Shown here piece after piece: positions 10,442-19,682 of a stretch of 64,000 bases of DNA; the stretch's first letter is position 1, and every line of letters begins with the position of its first letter. The notes beneath the pieces were generated by a model, which ran no database searches, was not told the DNA's origin, and was given only the letters and a program-made list of their open reading frames with translations. The stretch spans positions 212,961 through 276,960 of the forward strand of contig CAVQEQ010000004.1 in assembly GCA_963711565.1 (NCBI GenBank), in the 5' to 3' direction. Both the position numbers and the translations under genes were made by a program. Origin of the DNA: an uncultured delta proteobacterium. GTDB lineage: Bacteria; Desulfobacterota; Binatia; Binatales; Binataceae.

Positions 10442-11692
10442 TCAATTATTGGAATAATTCTTACCAATATATAAAGTGAAAGTGCGCATTTTCGAATTTA
10501 GCTCTTTGCCGAGATCGCCGCGTCGCGTTACCTCGATTCGCTCGAGGCCCAGCCACGACGCCATTGTGACCAGCTCGCGCATCAGCGGTTCCGCCACCGC
10601 GCGCGGCCGCACGCCGGGCTCGCTATGCGCGCCCTGCACGAGCAGCGTCCGCGTTGCACGATCGGATTTCAGATCGACGCGCGCGACCAGCCGGTCCCCG
10701 AGCAGGAACGGCAGCACATAGTATCCGTACTTGCGCTTCGCCAACGGAGTGTAGATCTCGATTCGATAATGGAAGCCGAAAATTCTCTCCGTGCGCGCGC
10801 GCTCCCACACCAGCGAGTCGAACGGAGAGAGCAGGGCGCGCGCCTCCAGCCTGCGCGGCGACTTCGCCTCGCGATGGACGTACGCCGGCTCCCGCCATCC
10901 TTCGACCCTAACCGGAGTCAACTCTCCCGTCTCGACGAGTTCCCTGATGCGCTGCCTGCCGGGAGTCAGGCGGATGCGAAAATAATCGCAAAGATCTTTC
11001 TCCGTGCCGACGCCAAGCGCGCGCGCCGCGGTTCGCATCAGCTCGCGCTGGGCGTCTTCGCGCGCGGGAGTCGGCATCGCGAGCACTCGCGCCGGGATAA
11101 CTCGCTCCGGCAGATCGTACAGCCGCTCGAAGCCGCGACGTCCCGCCGCCGCGACTCGACCCGCGGCGAACAGCGCCTCGAGCGCGTGCTTGCCGTCACT
11201 CCATCCCCACCATCCGCCCTTGCTCGCACCCGCGCCGGTAATCTCGCGAGCCGCGAGCGGGCCGCGCTCGCGGATCTCATCGAGCGCCGCCTGCATGAAG
11301 CCGGGGCGGCTGCGATTGAGACGCCCAAAAATGTCCTCGTTCTTGTCAGCCGCCTGCGCCATCCGCCAGCGCAGCAAGGGATGCATTTCGAACGGCATCA
11401 ACGACGCCATGTGCCCCCAATATTCGAACAGCTCGCGCTTGGCCGGCGCGCCGAGCCACGACGAGTCGAGCAGTTCCGGTGCGTAGTTGCCGAGGCGCGA
11501 AAAAAGCGGCATGTAATGCGATCGCACCAGCACGTTGACCGAATCGATTTGCAACAGCCCGATCTGCGCGATGACGCGTCGCAAATGCCGGCGGTCGAGA
11601 CGCCCGGACGGCCGCGGCTCCGCAAACCCCTGCGCCGCAAGCGCAATCCGTCGCGCTTCATCCGCCGAGATTTTCTCGATTCTCCCGCTCAT
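10442..11692 (-). CDS. Winged-helix DNA glycosylase of the YcaQ/AlkZ family (DUF1006; interstrand-crosslink repair)
   Basis: RKYGYYVLPFLLGDRLVARVDLKSDR and WLGLERIEV resemble the C-terminal core of the YcaQ/AlkZ family. The likely start is MSGRIEK at 11692. Confidence 0.6.
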   Translation of the reverse strand: MSGRIEKISADEARRIALAAQGFAEPRPSGRLDRRHLRRVIAQIGLLQIDSVNVLVRSHYMPLFSRLGNYAPELLDSSWLGAPAKRELFEYWGHMASLMPFEMHPLLRWRMAQAADKNEDIFGRLNRSRPGFMQAALDEIRERGPLAAREITGAGASKGGWWGWSDGKHALEALFAAGRVAAAGRRGFERLYDLPERVIPARVLAMPTPAREDAQRELMRTAARALGVGTEKDLCDYFRIRLTPGRQRIRELVETGELTPVRVEGWREPAYVHREAKSPRRLEARALLSPFDSLVWERARTERIFGFHYRIEIYTPLAKRKYGYYVLPFLLGDRLVARVDLKSDRATRTLLVQGAHSEPGVRPRAVAEPLMRELVTMASWLGLERIEVTRRGDLGKELNSKMRTFTLYIGKNYSNN

Positions 11693-11923
11693 AGCGCGGC
11701 CCGTTTCCACGTTCTGTCGCTGACGCAAGCAAAAAGATTAGTCCTAAATGTCCATGGTATCCTTGAAATCCGACGACTTCCCCCGCGAAACTTCAGCCAA
11801 CAAATTCGCCGCAGAGCGTCGTCCCTGAGTGCAAATCAGCGGCGCTTCCAAAAATGTTTCAGTGGGTGGCTACGATCTGTTATGTTTGAGGCCTTCCAAA
11901 CGTAGCGTCACATTGAATGGGAG

Positions 11924-12982
11924 GTGGGTGTCGTGAAGGAATCGGCACGTTTCCAATTTCCAACATCCGGAAGCTTTTTGGGATCGCACTACGCGAGTTT
12001 TTCCCGGGCTGCCGAAATTGCGGCTAGTCTCCAATCGAATATCTCGATAGGCAATTCCATCTTAGCAGCTAAGTATCTTTCTCCCCCCGCGTACTTACGA
12101 AATCTTGATGTCTTCTCGACATTAGGTGCAATGACGGAGTCTTTCGAGGCGACGCGCCGGAGTATTGAGTCCTTTTCCCATGTAGCCGAGATCCCGGCCG
12201 GCCTCCGATCGACTATCTCGATAGGCAATTCCTTTTTAGCAGACAGGTATCTATCGGCCCCTGCATACTTTCAACATCTCGATGTTCTCTCGGCTTTCGA
12301 TGTGGTGACGAAGTCCTTTCATGCGACGCGCCAGATGATCGAGGCCTTTGACAGCTGCAGAAATCTGATGGACGAATTCCGTCAGTACGAAGAAACGATA
12401 GCGACAAATGCCGAAAAGCTGGGATCTCTTGGATGGACGATCCCAATGGACGCCACCATTCCAGATTGTATGCGTCTACTCGAAAGGAGCTCGAATTCCG
12501 AAACAGCGGACACGGCATTTACGGCATTTTATAACGCAGACGAGCGCGCTGCCTATTTGGCATTGAAGGAAAGGCTTCTTGCAGAAACCGAGCTAGCGAT
12601 GTGGCGAGAAGATCTGATCACAGCCCTCGCAAGGTTCGAACACGATGATTACCTCAGCTGCGTAAGCGTACTTCTTCCTAGAGTTGAAGGTTTCTTAGCG
12701 ACCAAAGGCAAGGAACCTAGATTCTACATGAAGGGAGCACGAGAGCGCTTCTTCGCGCAAAAACTGAACACCGCCGATAAGTCGCCGCTAAACGACGCTC
12801 TTTGGTGTTCCGTCAGGGCTTTTGTCGATCGTCTGTACGAGCCTGTAGACTTTACAGATCAGGTTCAGCTCACCAATCGATTGAATAGACATGCTTGTGT
12901 TCATGGACGCGGCAACTACAAACACACGCAAGCAGACTGCTTGCGCCTGTTACAAGCGCTAGACACTTTGTCATCCTTGTGA
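11924..12982 (+). CDS. Orphan protein containing an internal ~58-aa tandem duplication; low GC
   Basis: A 352-aa ORF. Residues ~28-85 and ~86-143 are about 60% identical (EIAASLQSNISIGNSILAAKYLSPPAYLRNLDV versus EIPAGLRSTISIGNSFLADRYLSAPAYFQHLDV). At the nucleotide level the duplication is 11990-12160 versus 12166-12340. No known domain was found. Confidence 0.45.
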   Translation: MGVVKESARFQFPTSGSFLGSHYASFSRAAEIAASLQSNISIGNSILAAKYLSPPAYLRNLDVFSTLGAMTESFEATRRSIESFSHVAEIPAGLRSTISIGNSFLADRYLSAPAYFQHLDVLSAFDVVTKSFHATRQMIEAFDSCRNLMDEFRQYEETIATNAEKLGSLGWTIPMDATIPDCMRLLERSSNSETADTAFTAFYNADERAAYLALKERLLAETELAMWREDLITALARFEHDDYLSCVSVLLPRVEGFLATKGKEPRFYMKGARERFFAQKLNTADKSPLNDALWCSVRAFVDRLYEPVDFTDQVQLTNRLNRHACVHGRGNYKHTQADCLRLLQALDTLSSL

Positions 12983-13023
12983 GCGAGCCGACGCATGACC
13001 TCCATGTACTTCGACGGTCGGTG

Positions 13024-14787
13024 ATGGCCAACGCCTCAAACGATCAGGCCGCCGCTGCGCTCGTTGCGCCCGATTGCCGCGGGATGAACTTTTATCGCAT
13101 CGACCGCGGATTGCGCGACCTGCTCGATCTCCATATGGAGCCGCGGTTGCGCGCCGCGATGGAGCCGCATCTCGATCGCCTCGGCCAGCTCGCGGGCGGC
13201 CGGCTCGACGAGCTTGCGGAAATCGCCGACAAGCATCCGCCGGTGCTCCATTCGCGCGATCGTTTCGGCCGCGACGAGGACTGGGTCGAGTTCCATCCGG
13301 CGTATCGCGAGATGGAGCGGATTGCTTTCGGCGAATTCGGGCTGCATGCGATGGCGCATCGGCCCGGCGTGCTCGGATGGCCCGAGCCGCTCCCGTACAT
13401 CGCGAAGTACGCGTTCCAGTATCTGTTCGTGCAGGCCGAGTTCGGCCTGATGTGCCCGATCAGCGTGACCGACACCGGCGCGGTGCTGGTCGAGAACTAC
13501 GGCAGCGCCGATCTCAAGTCGCGCTACCTCGGCCGCATGCTCTCGCAGAACATGGACGGGATTTTCAAGGGCGCGCAATACATGACCGAGCGCGCCGGCG
13601 GCTCCGATCTCGGCAACAGCGCCGTCGTCGCGAAGCGCGACGGCGATTTCTGGCGGCTCTACGGCGACAAGTGGTTTTGCTCGGCGGTTGACGGCGACGT
13701 CGTACTACTACTCGCTCGGCCCGACGGTGCGCCCAGCGGCTCGAAAGGGCTCGGGCTGTTCCTGATGCCGCGGCGATTGGAAAACGGCGAGCGCAACAGT
13801 TATCGAATCGCGCGGCTCAAGGATAAATTCGGCACGCGGTCGATGGCGAGCGGCGAGGTCGTGCTCGAGGGCGCAATCGCGTTCCAAATCGGCGCGCTCG
13901 ATCGCGGCCTGCGCCAGATGATGGACATGGTGAATCTCAGCCGCATGTCGCACGGCGCGCGCGCCGCCGGCATGATGCGCCGATGCCTCAACGAGTCGCT
14001 CGCGGTCGCGCGTCATCGCGCGGCGTTCGGCAAACCGATCATCGAGCATCCGCTGCTGCGGCGCCAGTTGATGAAACTGATGGTGCCGACCGAGCAGGCG
14101 CTGTCGGTTTTCACTTACGACGCGACGATGATGGACCGGGCGCGCGGCGGTGACGCGGAAGCCGAGCGTGTGCTGCGCATCCTGACCGCGGTGCTGAAGT
14201 TCCGGGCGTGCCGCGACAACATCCGCGTCGCGACGGGCGCGATGGAGGTGCGCGGCGGCAACGGCTACATCGAGGATTGGGTGAACTCGCGGCTCATCCG
14301 CGACGCGCATATCGGCGTGCTGTGGGAGGGCACCAGTAACATCAACGCGCTCGACGTGATCAATCGCGCAGTCGCCAAATCCGGCGGCCACGAGACGCTC
14401 GCGCGCGCGCTGAAAGCCAAGCTCCAGGCCGCAACCGCCGCTCCCGCTGCCTTCCGCGCAGAGATCGCGCAGCTAATCGATCGCGCCGTTACATTCGCGG
14501 GCGAAGTCGCATCCAAGCCGAAGAACGAACGACTGGCGCGCGTGGCGACCGACGCGCTCTACAATGTAGCGAGCGCGGCGCTGATGACGTGGGAAGGTGC
14601 GACGGCAGGCGCCAACGGCCACGACGCTCGCCGCATGATCCTCGCGCGCATGGTCGTCGAGCATCGCCTGCGCCCGGAAGATCCTTTGGCGATAGCAGAG
14701 TCAGACTGGGAAGAAGACGCGATCATCGCGCTACTCGACCCGAGCGCGGTATCCATCGAAAAAGCTGCGCGACTTGTGTCTGGCTGA
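13024..14787 (+). CDS. aidB: AidB-like acyl-CoA dehydrogenase family protein
   Basis: The length (about 590 aa) and the N-terminal extension fit AidB. The acyl-CoA dehydrogenase middle and C-terminal domains are present (YMTERAGGSDLG, GDKWFCS, EVRGGNGYIEDW). The likely start is MANASNDQ at 13024. Confidence 0.7.
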   Translation: MANASNDQAAAALVAPDCRGMNFYRIDRGLRDLLDLHMEPRLRAAMEPHLDRLGQLAGGRLDELAEIADKHPPVLHSRDRFGRDEDWVEFHPAYREMERIAFGEFGLHAMAHRPGVLGWPEPLPYIAKYAFQYLFVQAEFGLMCPISVTDTGAVLVENYGSADLKSRYLGRMLSQNMDGIFKGAQYMTERAGGSDLGNSAVVAKRDGDFWRLYGDKWFCSAVDGDVVLLLARPDGAPSGSKGLGLFLMPRRLENGERNSYRIARLKDKFGTRSMASGEVVLEGAIAFQIGALDRGLRQMMDMVNLSRMSHGARAAGMMRRCLNESLAVARHRAAFGKPIIEHPLLRRQLMKLMVPTEQALSVFTYDATMMDRARGGDAEAERVLRILTAVLKFRACRDNIRVATGAMEVRGGNGYIEDWVNSRLIRDAHIGVLWEGTSNINALDVINRAVAKSGGHETLARALKAKLQAATAAPAAFRAEIAQLIDRAVTFAGEVASKPKNERLARVATDALYNVASAALMTWEGATAGANGHDARRMILARMVVEHRLRPEDPLAIAESDWEEDAIIALLDPSAVSIEKAARLVSG

Positions 14788-14883
14788 TGCGTCCGCGTCG
14801 CTGTGCAAGCCGCGACTCGGCATCGCTCGATTGTGGAGATTGCCCGGGTTCGTTGCGGGTCTTTATAATATTTGTAGTGATTT

Positions 14884-17442
14884 GTGACTGTTAGACGAAC
14901 TGTGACGAGGCTATTGGTTGGCGCGACGGCGCTCGCAGCCTGCGGGTTCCTTTTGGGACAGGCCTCGTACGCCGGTGACGTCCCGCTTCGCGGTAATCAT
15001 CCGGCCGAAGCGGCTACTCTAACCGCGGCGGTGCGCGCGGAGAGCACGCTGCCGCTCCATCTGACGATAGTATTGGGCCTTCGCAATCAGGCTGCGCTCA
15101 CGCAACTGCTCGCCGATCAGCAAAATCCGTCGTCGCCACATTATCGTAAGTGGCTCACGCCCAGGGAGTTCGCCCGCCGCTTCGGGCCGAGCGACAAGCA
15201 GGTGGGACTGGTCACGGACTGGCTGAAAGGGGAGGGCTTCGCCGTCACCTCAATCAATCGCCTCGCGCGCACTATTCAAGCGAGCGGCGACGCCGCGACG
15301 GCAGAGCGCGCATTTTCGACGACGCTGATCACCGACGGCGTGTCGTTTGCCAACACCACCGATCCCGCGATTCCCGCGCGGTTCGACGGCCTCGTCGCTG
15401 CAATCATGGGCTTGGATAACATGCACGCCGCGATGCCCGCGGGATTGCATCGAGTTGCGCCGCCGTCGCACTCGAGTACGCAGCGCAAGCCGGAAATTCT
15501 CGCGCTCGCCGACATGACCGGCAGCCCCGAGAACGCTCCCCAGATGCCGGCCGCCAGAGAAGGTGGCTCGACTGCGTTCGGACCAATCAACGTCGAGACC
15601 TTTTACGACGAGCTGCCTCTTCTCAACGCGGGGAACACTGGTTCGCCCTCGCCGGATTGCGTAGCGGTCGACGAAGATTCCGATTATCTTCCGTCGGCGG
15701 TCACTCTGTACGACAGCACCTTCGGACTCACGCCCGCGCCGATCACGAACGTCTATCCGGACGGCACTTCGCCGGGCATCACCGGCGATGAGGTCGAGAC
15801 ACTGCTCGATATCGAGTATTCCCAGGCGACTGCTCCGGGCACGCCGATTCACCCGTACATCGGCACCAGTCTCTACGATGCGATGTCGCAAAGCGTGACG
15901 GATAATGTCTGCGGCGCGATCAGCGTCAGCTTCATCTTCTGCGGCGAGGAGTCGAGCTTCTACACGACGCTCGATATGCTCTTTCAAACCGCGGCGTCTC
16001 AGGGACAGTCGGTCTTCATCGCCACCGGCGATTGGGGTGCGGCAGGCTTACGGTACGCTGGCGGAACCTGCGTCGTCGGGACGACCAGGAATCCGAGCGA
16101 GATGGCGACCAGCCCGCACGTCACCGCGGTCGGTGGCACGACCTTCAGTCCCCAGTATAATTCGTCGGGCAACGACACCAGCGTGGTCGGCGTCGCGCCG
16201 GGCGGAATCGAGAGCGGATGGAATGCGAGCGGCGGCGGCGAGAGCGCGATCTTCGCGAAACCCATGTGGCAGACCGGACCGGGCGTGCCGGCCGACGGTT
16301 TCCGCGATATCCCCGACGTTGCGATGATGGCGTGGGCGCCTTACGTTTTCATCGGCGCCGACGACGACGGCACTGCGATAATCCAGTGCTGCTGGGGCGG
16401 CACGAGTCTCGCCTCGCCGCTCTGGGCCGGCTATTCGCGAGTCCTCGCACAGGCGTCGAGCAGCGCGCGTCTCGGTCTGCTCAACCCCACGATTTACAAT
16501 ATCGCCGACGCGGGCCTGGCTGCCGACGGCGGCATCGAAGATGTACTCAGCGGAAACAATAATTACAACGGAGTGACCGGCTATACGGCAGGCCCGGGGT
16601 TCGATCAGGTCACCGGATGGGGCAGCGTCGATATGACGCAATTCGCGAGCGCATTCACGAGCGCGCCGCATCCGACGCCTACGGCAACGACCTCGGCGAC
16701 GCCGACGCCGAGCGCCACGCCGACTGCAAGTGCTACATCGACAAGAACTTCAACTCCGACCGCGACCACATCCGCGACGGCGACAACCACCCCAACTCCA
16801 ACCGCCGCAGTCACGGCGACTCGAACAGCAACTGCCACTGCTACCGCGACTGGCACTCCGACTACGACCGCGACTGTCACTGCAACGGCAACTGTCACCG
16901 CAACCATGACTGTGACCGCAACTCCAACGCCCACCTCGATGCCAACCGCCACGGCAACGGCGACTCGAAGCGCAACCGCTACTGCAACTTCAACCACAAC
17001 TGCCACAACTACGCCGACCACGACCATGACCTCGACACCAATAGCCACGGCAACAGCAACTCGAACCGCAATCGCCACTGCAACGCCAACAGCTACGGCG
17101 ACGCCGGTTCCGACCTCGCTCAAATTCGAGCCCGCCAAGATCAAGTTTGGCAAGGTCGCCATGGGCGCGACCAGCGACGTTCAGACGGTCACGCTCTCAA
17201 ATCCGAACAAGAAGAAGGCGATGCCGATAACGCTCGAGGGATGGAATTCAACGGGCGATTTCTCGGTCTCCGAGAGTCAGACGACTTGCGCGACATTTGA
17301 GACCTTAAGCCGCGGACAGAAATGTACGATAGGCCTGACGTTCACGCCTACCGTGACGGGCGCGCGCTCGGGTACGCTCACGATTCAGGACAACGCGAGC
17401 AACAACCGGCAGGTGGTTGAGCTGAAGGGAACCGGGAAATAA
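14884..17442 (+). CDS. Secreted sedolisin (peptidase S53) with a pro-kumamolisin activation domain, a long Thr/Ala/Pro linker and a C-terminal beta-sandwich (choice-of-anchor-D/ASH-like) domain
   Basis: A signal peptide is present. GGTSLASPLWAG is the catalytic Ser motif of S53. Upstream are CGA..D/E and a GDWG-like acid pair. About 150 aa are TATAT low-complexity linker. The C-terminal ~100 aa are homologous to the C-terminus of the NHL protein at 42435. Confidence 0.8.
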   Translation: MTVRRTVTRLLVGATALAACGFLLGQASYAGDVPLRGNHPAEAATLTAAVRAESTLPLHLTIVLGLRNQAALTQLLADQQNPSSPHYRKWLTPREFARRFGPSDKQVGLVTDWLKGEGFAVTSINRLARTIQASGDAATAERAFSTTLITDGVSFANTTDPAIPARFDGLVAAIMGLDNMHAAMPAGLHRVAPPSHSSTQRKPEILALADMTGSPENAPQMPAAREGGSTAFGPINVETFYDELPLLNAGNTGSPSPDCVAVDEDSDYLPSAVTLYDSTFGLTPAPITNVYPDGTSPGITGDEVETLLDIEYSQATAPGTPIHPYIGTSLYDAMSQSVTDNVCGAISVSFIFCGEESSFYTTLDMLFQTAASQGQSVFIATGDWGAAGLRYAGGTCVVGTTRNPSEMATSPHVTAVGGTTFSPQYNSSGNDTSVVGVAPGGIESGWNASGGGESAIFAKPMWQTGPGVPADGFRDIPDVAMMAWAPYVFIGADDDGTAIIQCCWGGTSLASPLWAGYSRVLAQASSSARLGLLNPTIYNIADAGLAADGGIEDVLSGNNNYNGVTGYTAGPGFDQVTGWGSVDMTQFASAFTSAPHPTPTATTSATPTPSATPTASATSTRTSTPTATTSATATTTPTPTAAVTATRTATATATATGTPTTTATVTATATVTATMTVTATPTPTSMPTATATATRSATATATSTTTATTTPTTTMTSTPIATATATRTAIATATPTATATPVPTSLKFEPAKIKFGKVAMGATSDVQTVTLSNPNKKKAMPITLEGWNSTGDFSVSESQTTCATFETLSRGQKCTIGLTFTPTVTGARSGTLTIQDNASNNRQVVELKGTGK

Positions 17443-17457
17443 GGCAGCGCAGTGCGC

Positions 17458-18261
17458 TCAGTTCCGTAGCCAGCTGACGATCCTCTGATGAATCCCGACC
17501 GGGTCTGATGCCTGAAATGCATGGCCCGCGCCCGGGATGATGAACATCTCGGCCTGCGGGATTTTGCTCTTGATGAGATTCGCGTTCTCCGTCGGCACCA
17601 GCACGTCCTTGTCGCCGTGCACAATCAGCACCGGACATTTGATTTGCCCCAATCGATCGTACGCGTTGAACGTCTGGATTCCCGCAAACGCGCGGTCCGC
17701 GGTCTCCGGCGGCGTCGGCGGCGTCACCTTCGCTCCCGCGATCATCATTTGCTTGATCTCGGGATGCGCCGCGACGAACTCCGCGGGCATCAGCGCCGGC
17801 ATCAACAGGTCGAAAGCTTTCTCGGGATCGGTCGCCATGATCTTGTTCGCCGTCATCAGCCGCTCGACGATGTCCGGCGTCGCCATCTTCGCGGTCGTGC
17901 CCCCTGCCATCGTGCATCCGAGCACAACCTTCGTGACCTGCTCGGGATGCCGGAGCGTGAGCTCCTGCGCGATCATCCCGCCCATCGACACGCCAAACAC
18001 TTTCGCCTTTGCGATTCCGAGCGCCTTCAACAGGTTGCTCGCGTCATCGGCCATGCCCTCGACGGTATAGATGCTGTCGGGCTTGTCACTGAGTCCGGTG
18101 CCGCGATTGTCAAAGTAAATGGACTTGAAGCCGCCGAAAAACGGCAGCGACGGAATCCATCCCGCACCCGACATGCCGAATCCCATGATCAGCAGCAGCG
18201 GCTCGCCGTCGCCGAAGGTGTCGTAGCTAATATTGACGTTGCCGGCTTTGATTAGTGGCAT
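17458..18261 (-). CDS. Alpha/beta-fold hydrolase
   Basis: GVSMGGMIAQ is the nucleophile elbow (GxSxG), LLLIMGFG is the oxyanion-hole region, and a GHAF-type C-terminal His is present. A GGGAGGA Shine-Dalgarno lies 9 nt upstream of MPLIK, favouring a start at 18261. Confidence 0.75.
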   Translation of the reverse strand: MPLIKAGNVNISYDTFGDGEPLLLIMGFGMSGAGWIPSLPFFGGFKSIYFDNRGTGLSDKPDSIYTVEGMADDASNLLKALGIAKAKVFGVSMGGMIAQELTLRHPEQVTKVVLGCTMAGGTTAKMATPDIVERLMTANKIMATDPEKAFDLLMPALMPAEFVAAHPEIKQMMIAGAKVTPPTPPETADRAFAGIQTFNAYDRLGQIKCPVLIVHGDKDVLVPTENANLIKSKIPQAEMFIIPGAGHAFQASDPVGIHQRIVSWLRN

Positions 18262-18357
18262 CGCGGAAAGATCCTCCCGATTGAAACGTGACAAATTAAA
18301 ACGGACGCGGCTCCTTAGCGAGCTGCGTCCGCTGTTGCGCGCATTTACAGGTCTCTA

Positions 18358-18969
18358 TCAGGCGAGCTTCAGGATGCTCTCGGGATGCTGCTCGTTGGGA
18401 TCGACGCCGGGTTCCATCGTGTAGATGACCGACTTGTCGACCACCAATTGTCCGTCGTCGCCGACGTAGATCTTGAAGCGATCCATCGGACGCGGCGCCG
18501 GCCCCTCGAAATTCATCCCGCTGATGTAATAGCCGGAGCCATGGCACGGGCACTTGAACTTTTGCTCCGTCTTCAGCCATCGCGGCGTGCATCCGAGATG
18601 AGTGCACTTGGCGAAGATCGCGTAGAAGCCCGCCTTGGTGCGGATGATCCAGGTGCGAAAATCCTGTTTGTATTTTTCGCTGACCTCGCCAATGACGTAG
18701 TCATCGGGAAAGCCGGCCTTGAACTTCGATGGCGGCAAAAAGAGCACGCGCGGAAACGCCGAACGAACGGCGGCGAGCAATCCGATCAGCGAGAAGGCGC
18801 CGAAGCCCGCCCATCCGAGCACGCCCAGAAAGTCGCGACGGCTCCACAAGGTGCCGAGCTCGGATTTTTCCTTGTCGCGTTTCGCGCGTTCTTTTGCCTG
18901 CTCGTCTTCGCGCCACTTCTTGAGTTCGGCGGGATCGGTCGGGGCTTTCTCTTTGAGTGCAACAGCCAT
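18358..18969 (-). CDS. Rieske [2Fe-2S] iron-sulfur protein with a Tat signal
   Basis: CTHLGC...CPCHGS are the two Rieske boxes. RRDFLGVLG is a twin-arginine motif with a TM anchor. No cytochrome b gene is adjacent. Confidence 0.8.
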   Translation of the reverse strand: MAVALKEKAPTDPAELKKWREDEQAKERAKRDKEKSELGTLWSRRDFLGVLGWAGFGAFSLIGLLAAVRSAFPRVLFLPPSKFKAGFPDDYVIGEVSEKYKQDFRTWIIRTKAGFYAIFAKCTHLGCTPRWLKTEQKFKCPCHGSGYYISGMNFEGPAPRPMDRFKIYVGDDGQLVVDKSVIYTMEPGVDPNEQHPESILKLA

Positions 18970-19151
18970 CTAAGTGACGCAACCTCCCAGCTTGGGACGA
19001 GCCTGCATTAGCTCACCCACATCTCATTGGACGTAATCGATTAGTAAAAATTCTATTACTCAAAGATACGCAACATTCAAGGGCGAAGATAACCCTCGAA
19101 GGCTTGGCAATATTGCGACGATTGCGATGTTTCCCGGCGAGATGCGAAAAT

Positions 19152-19592
19152 TCAGTGAAGCGTCGGCTGGCCGCTCGACGGGGGCAGCGGCGCTGCCGGT
19201 GGTACGGCCTGTCTGACCACGGTCGCATTGGTCGTGAGGGGCTTGCGCGTCGGGGACCAATCCTGCGGTGTCGTCAACGTCGTGACCTCGTCCATCGTGT
19301 TGTCGGGGATTATCGGAACCGGCGGCGGTGGTGACATATCGTCGCCGCCCACGGGCCGGAAGATCGGCGCCGCGGAACTGTTGTGCGACAGGTAGTGCAT
19401 CGGACGCGCTATAGCCCACTCCAGCGCGTATCCAACCGGATAGAGGATGTCGGCGAAGAGCTCGAGCGGCTGCGAATCCTCGTCGGTATATTCTTTAGGG
19501 TTCTGTTGATCGTTGTCGTTGTACTGCGCGTGCGAAACCGTCGGCAGTCCAACAAACAGCGCGGCGCAGAAAATAATTGCAACTTTGCGCAT
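19152..19592 (-). CDS. Secreted hypothetical protein, Pro-rich at the C-terminus
   Basis: The signal peptide is MRKVAIIFCAALFVGLPTVSHA. No family was recognised. Confidence 0.4.
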   Translation of the reverse strand: MRKVAIIFCAALFVGLPTVSHAQYNDNDQQNPKEYTDEDSQPLELFADILYPVGYALEWAIARPMHYLSHNSSAAPIFRPVGGDDMSPPPPVPIIPDNTMDEVTTLTTPQDWSPTRKPLTTNATVVRQAVPPAAPLPPSSGQPTLH

Positions 19593-19682
19593 GCCGACAA
19601 CTTTGCGCGTTCGCCCGCCGCCGTGTCAACAGATCGCGGTCGTTCTTGCGCTGGCGTCTTTGCAGGCGCAATTCTAAACGCG

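Noticed and set aside
10625-11905. 426-aa plus-strand ORF overlapping the AlkZ/YcaQ gene
   Set aside because: Antisense frame with Arg-rich nonsense composition. The minus strand encodes a recognisable DUF1006 protein.
13036-14391. Several minus- and plus-strand ORFs (180, 205 and 227 aa) inside the aidB-like gene
   Set aside because: Alternative frames of a well-supported acyl-CoA dehydrogenase gene.
14788-14883. Possible sigma-70 promoter (TATAAT at ~14863) upstream of the S53 protease gene
   Set aside because: No acceptably spaced -35 element could be found, so it is left unannotated.
16605-17300. Highly repetitive nucleotide tract (acggcgac/gcgact units), considered as a possible CRISPR or tandem-repeat array; the same applies to 42780-43800
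   Set aside because: It encodes the Thr/Ala/Pro linker of the S53 and NHL proteins in-frame. The repeats are irregular 6-9-nt codon repeats, not the 28-37-nt repeats with unique spacers of a CRISPR array.
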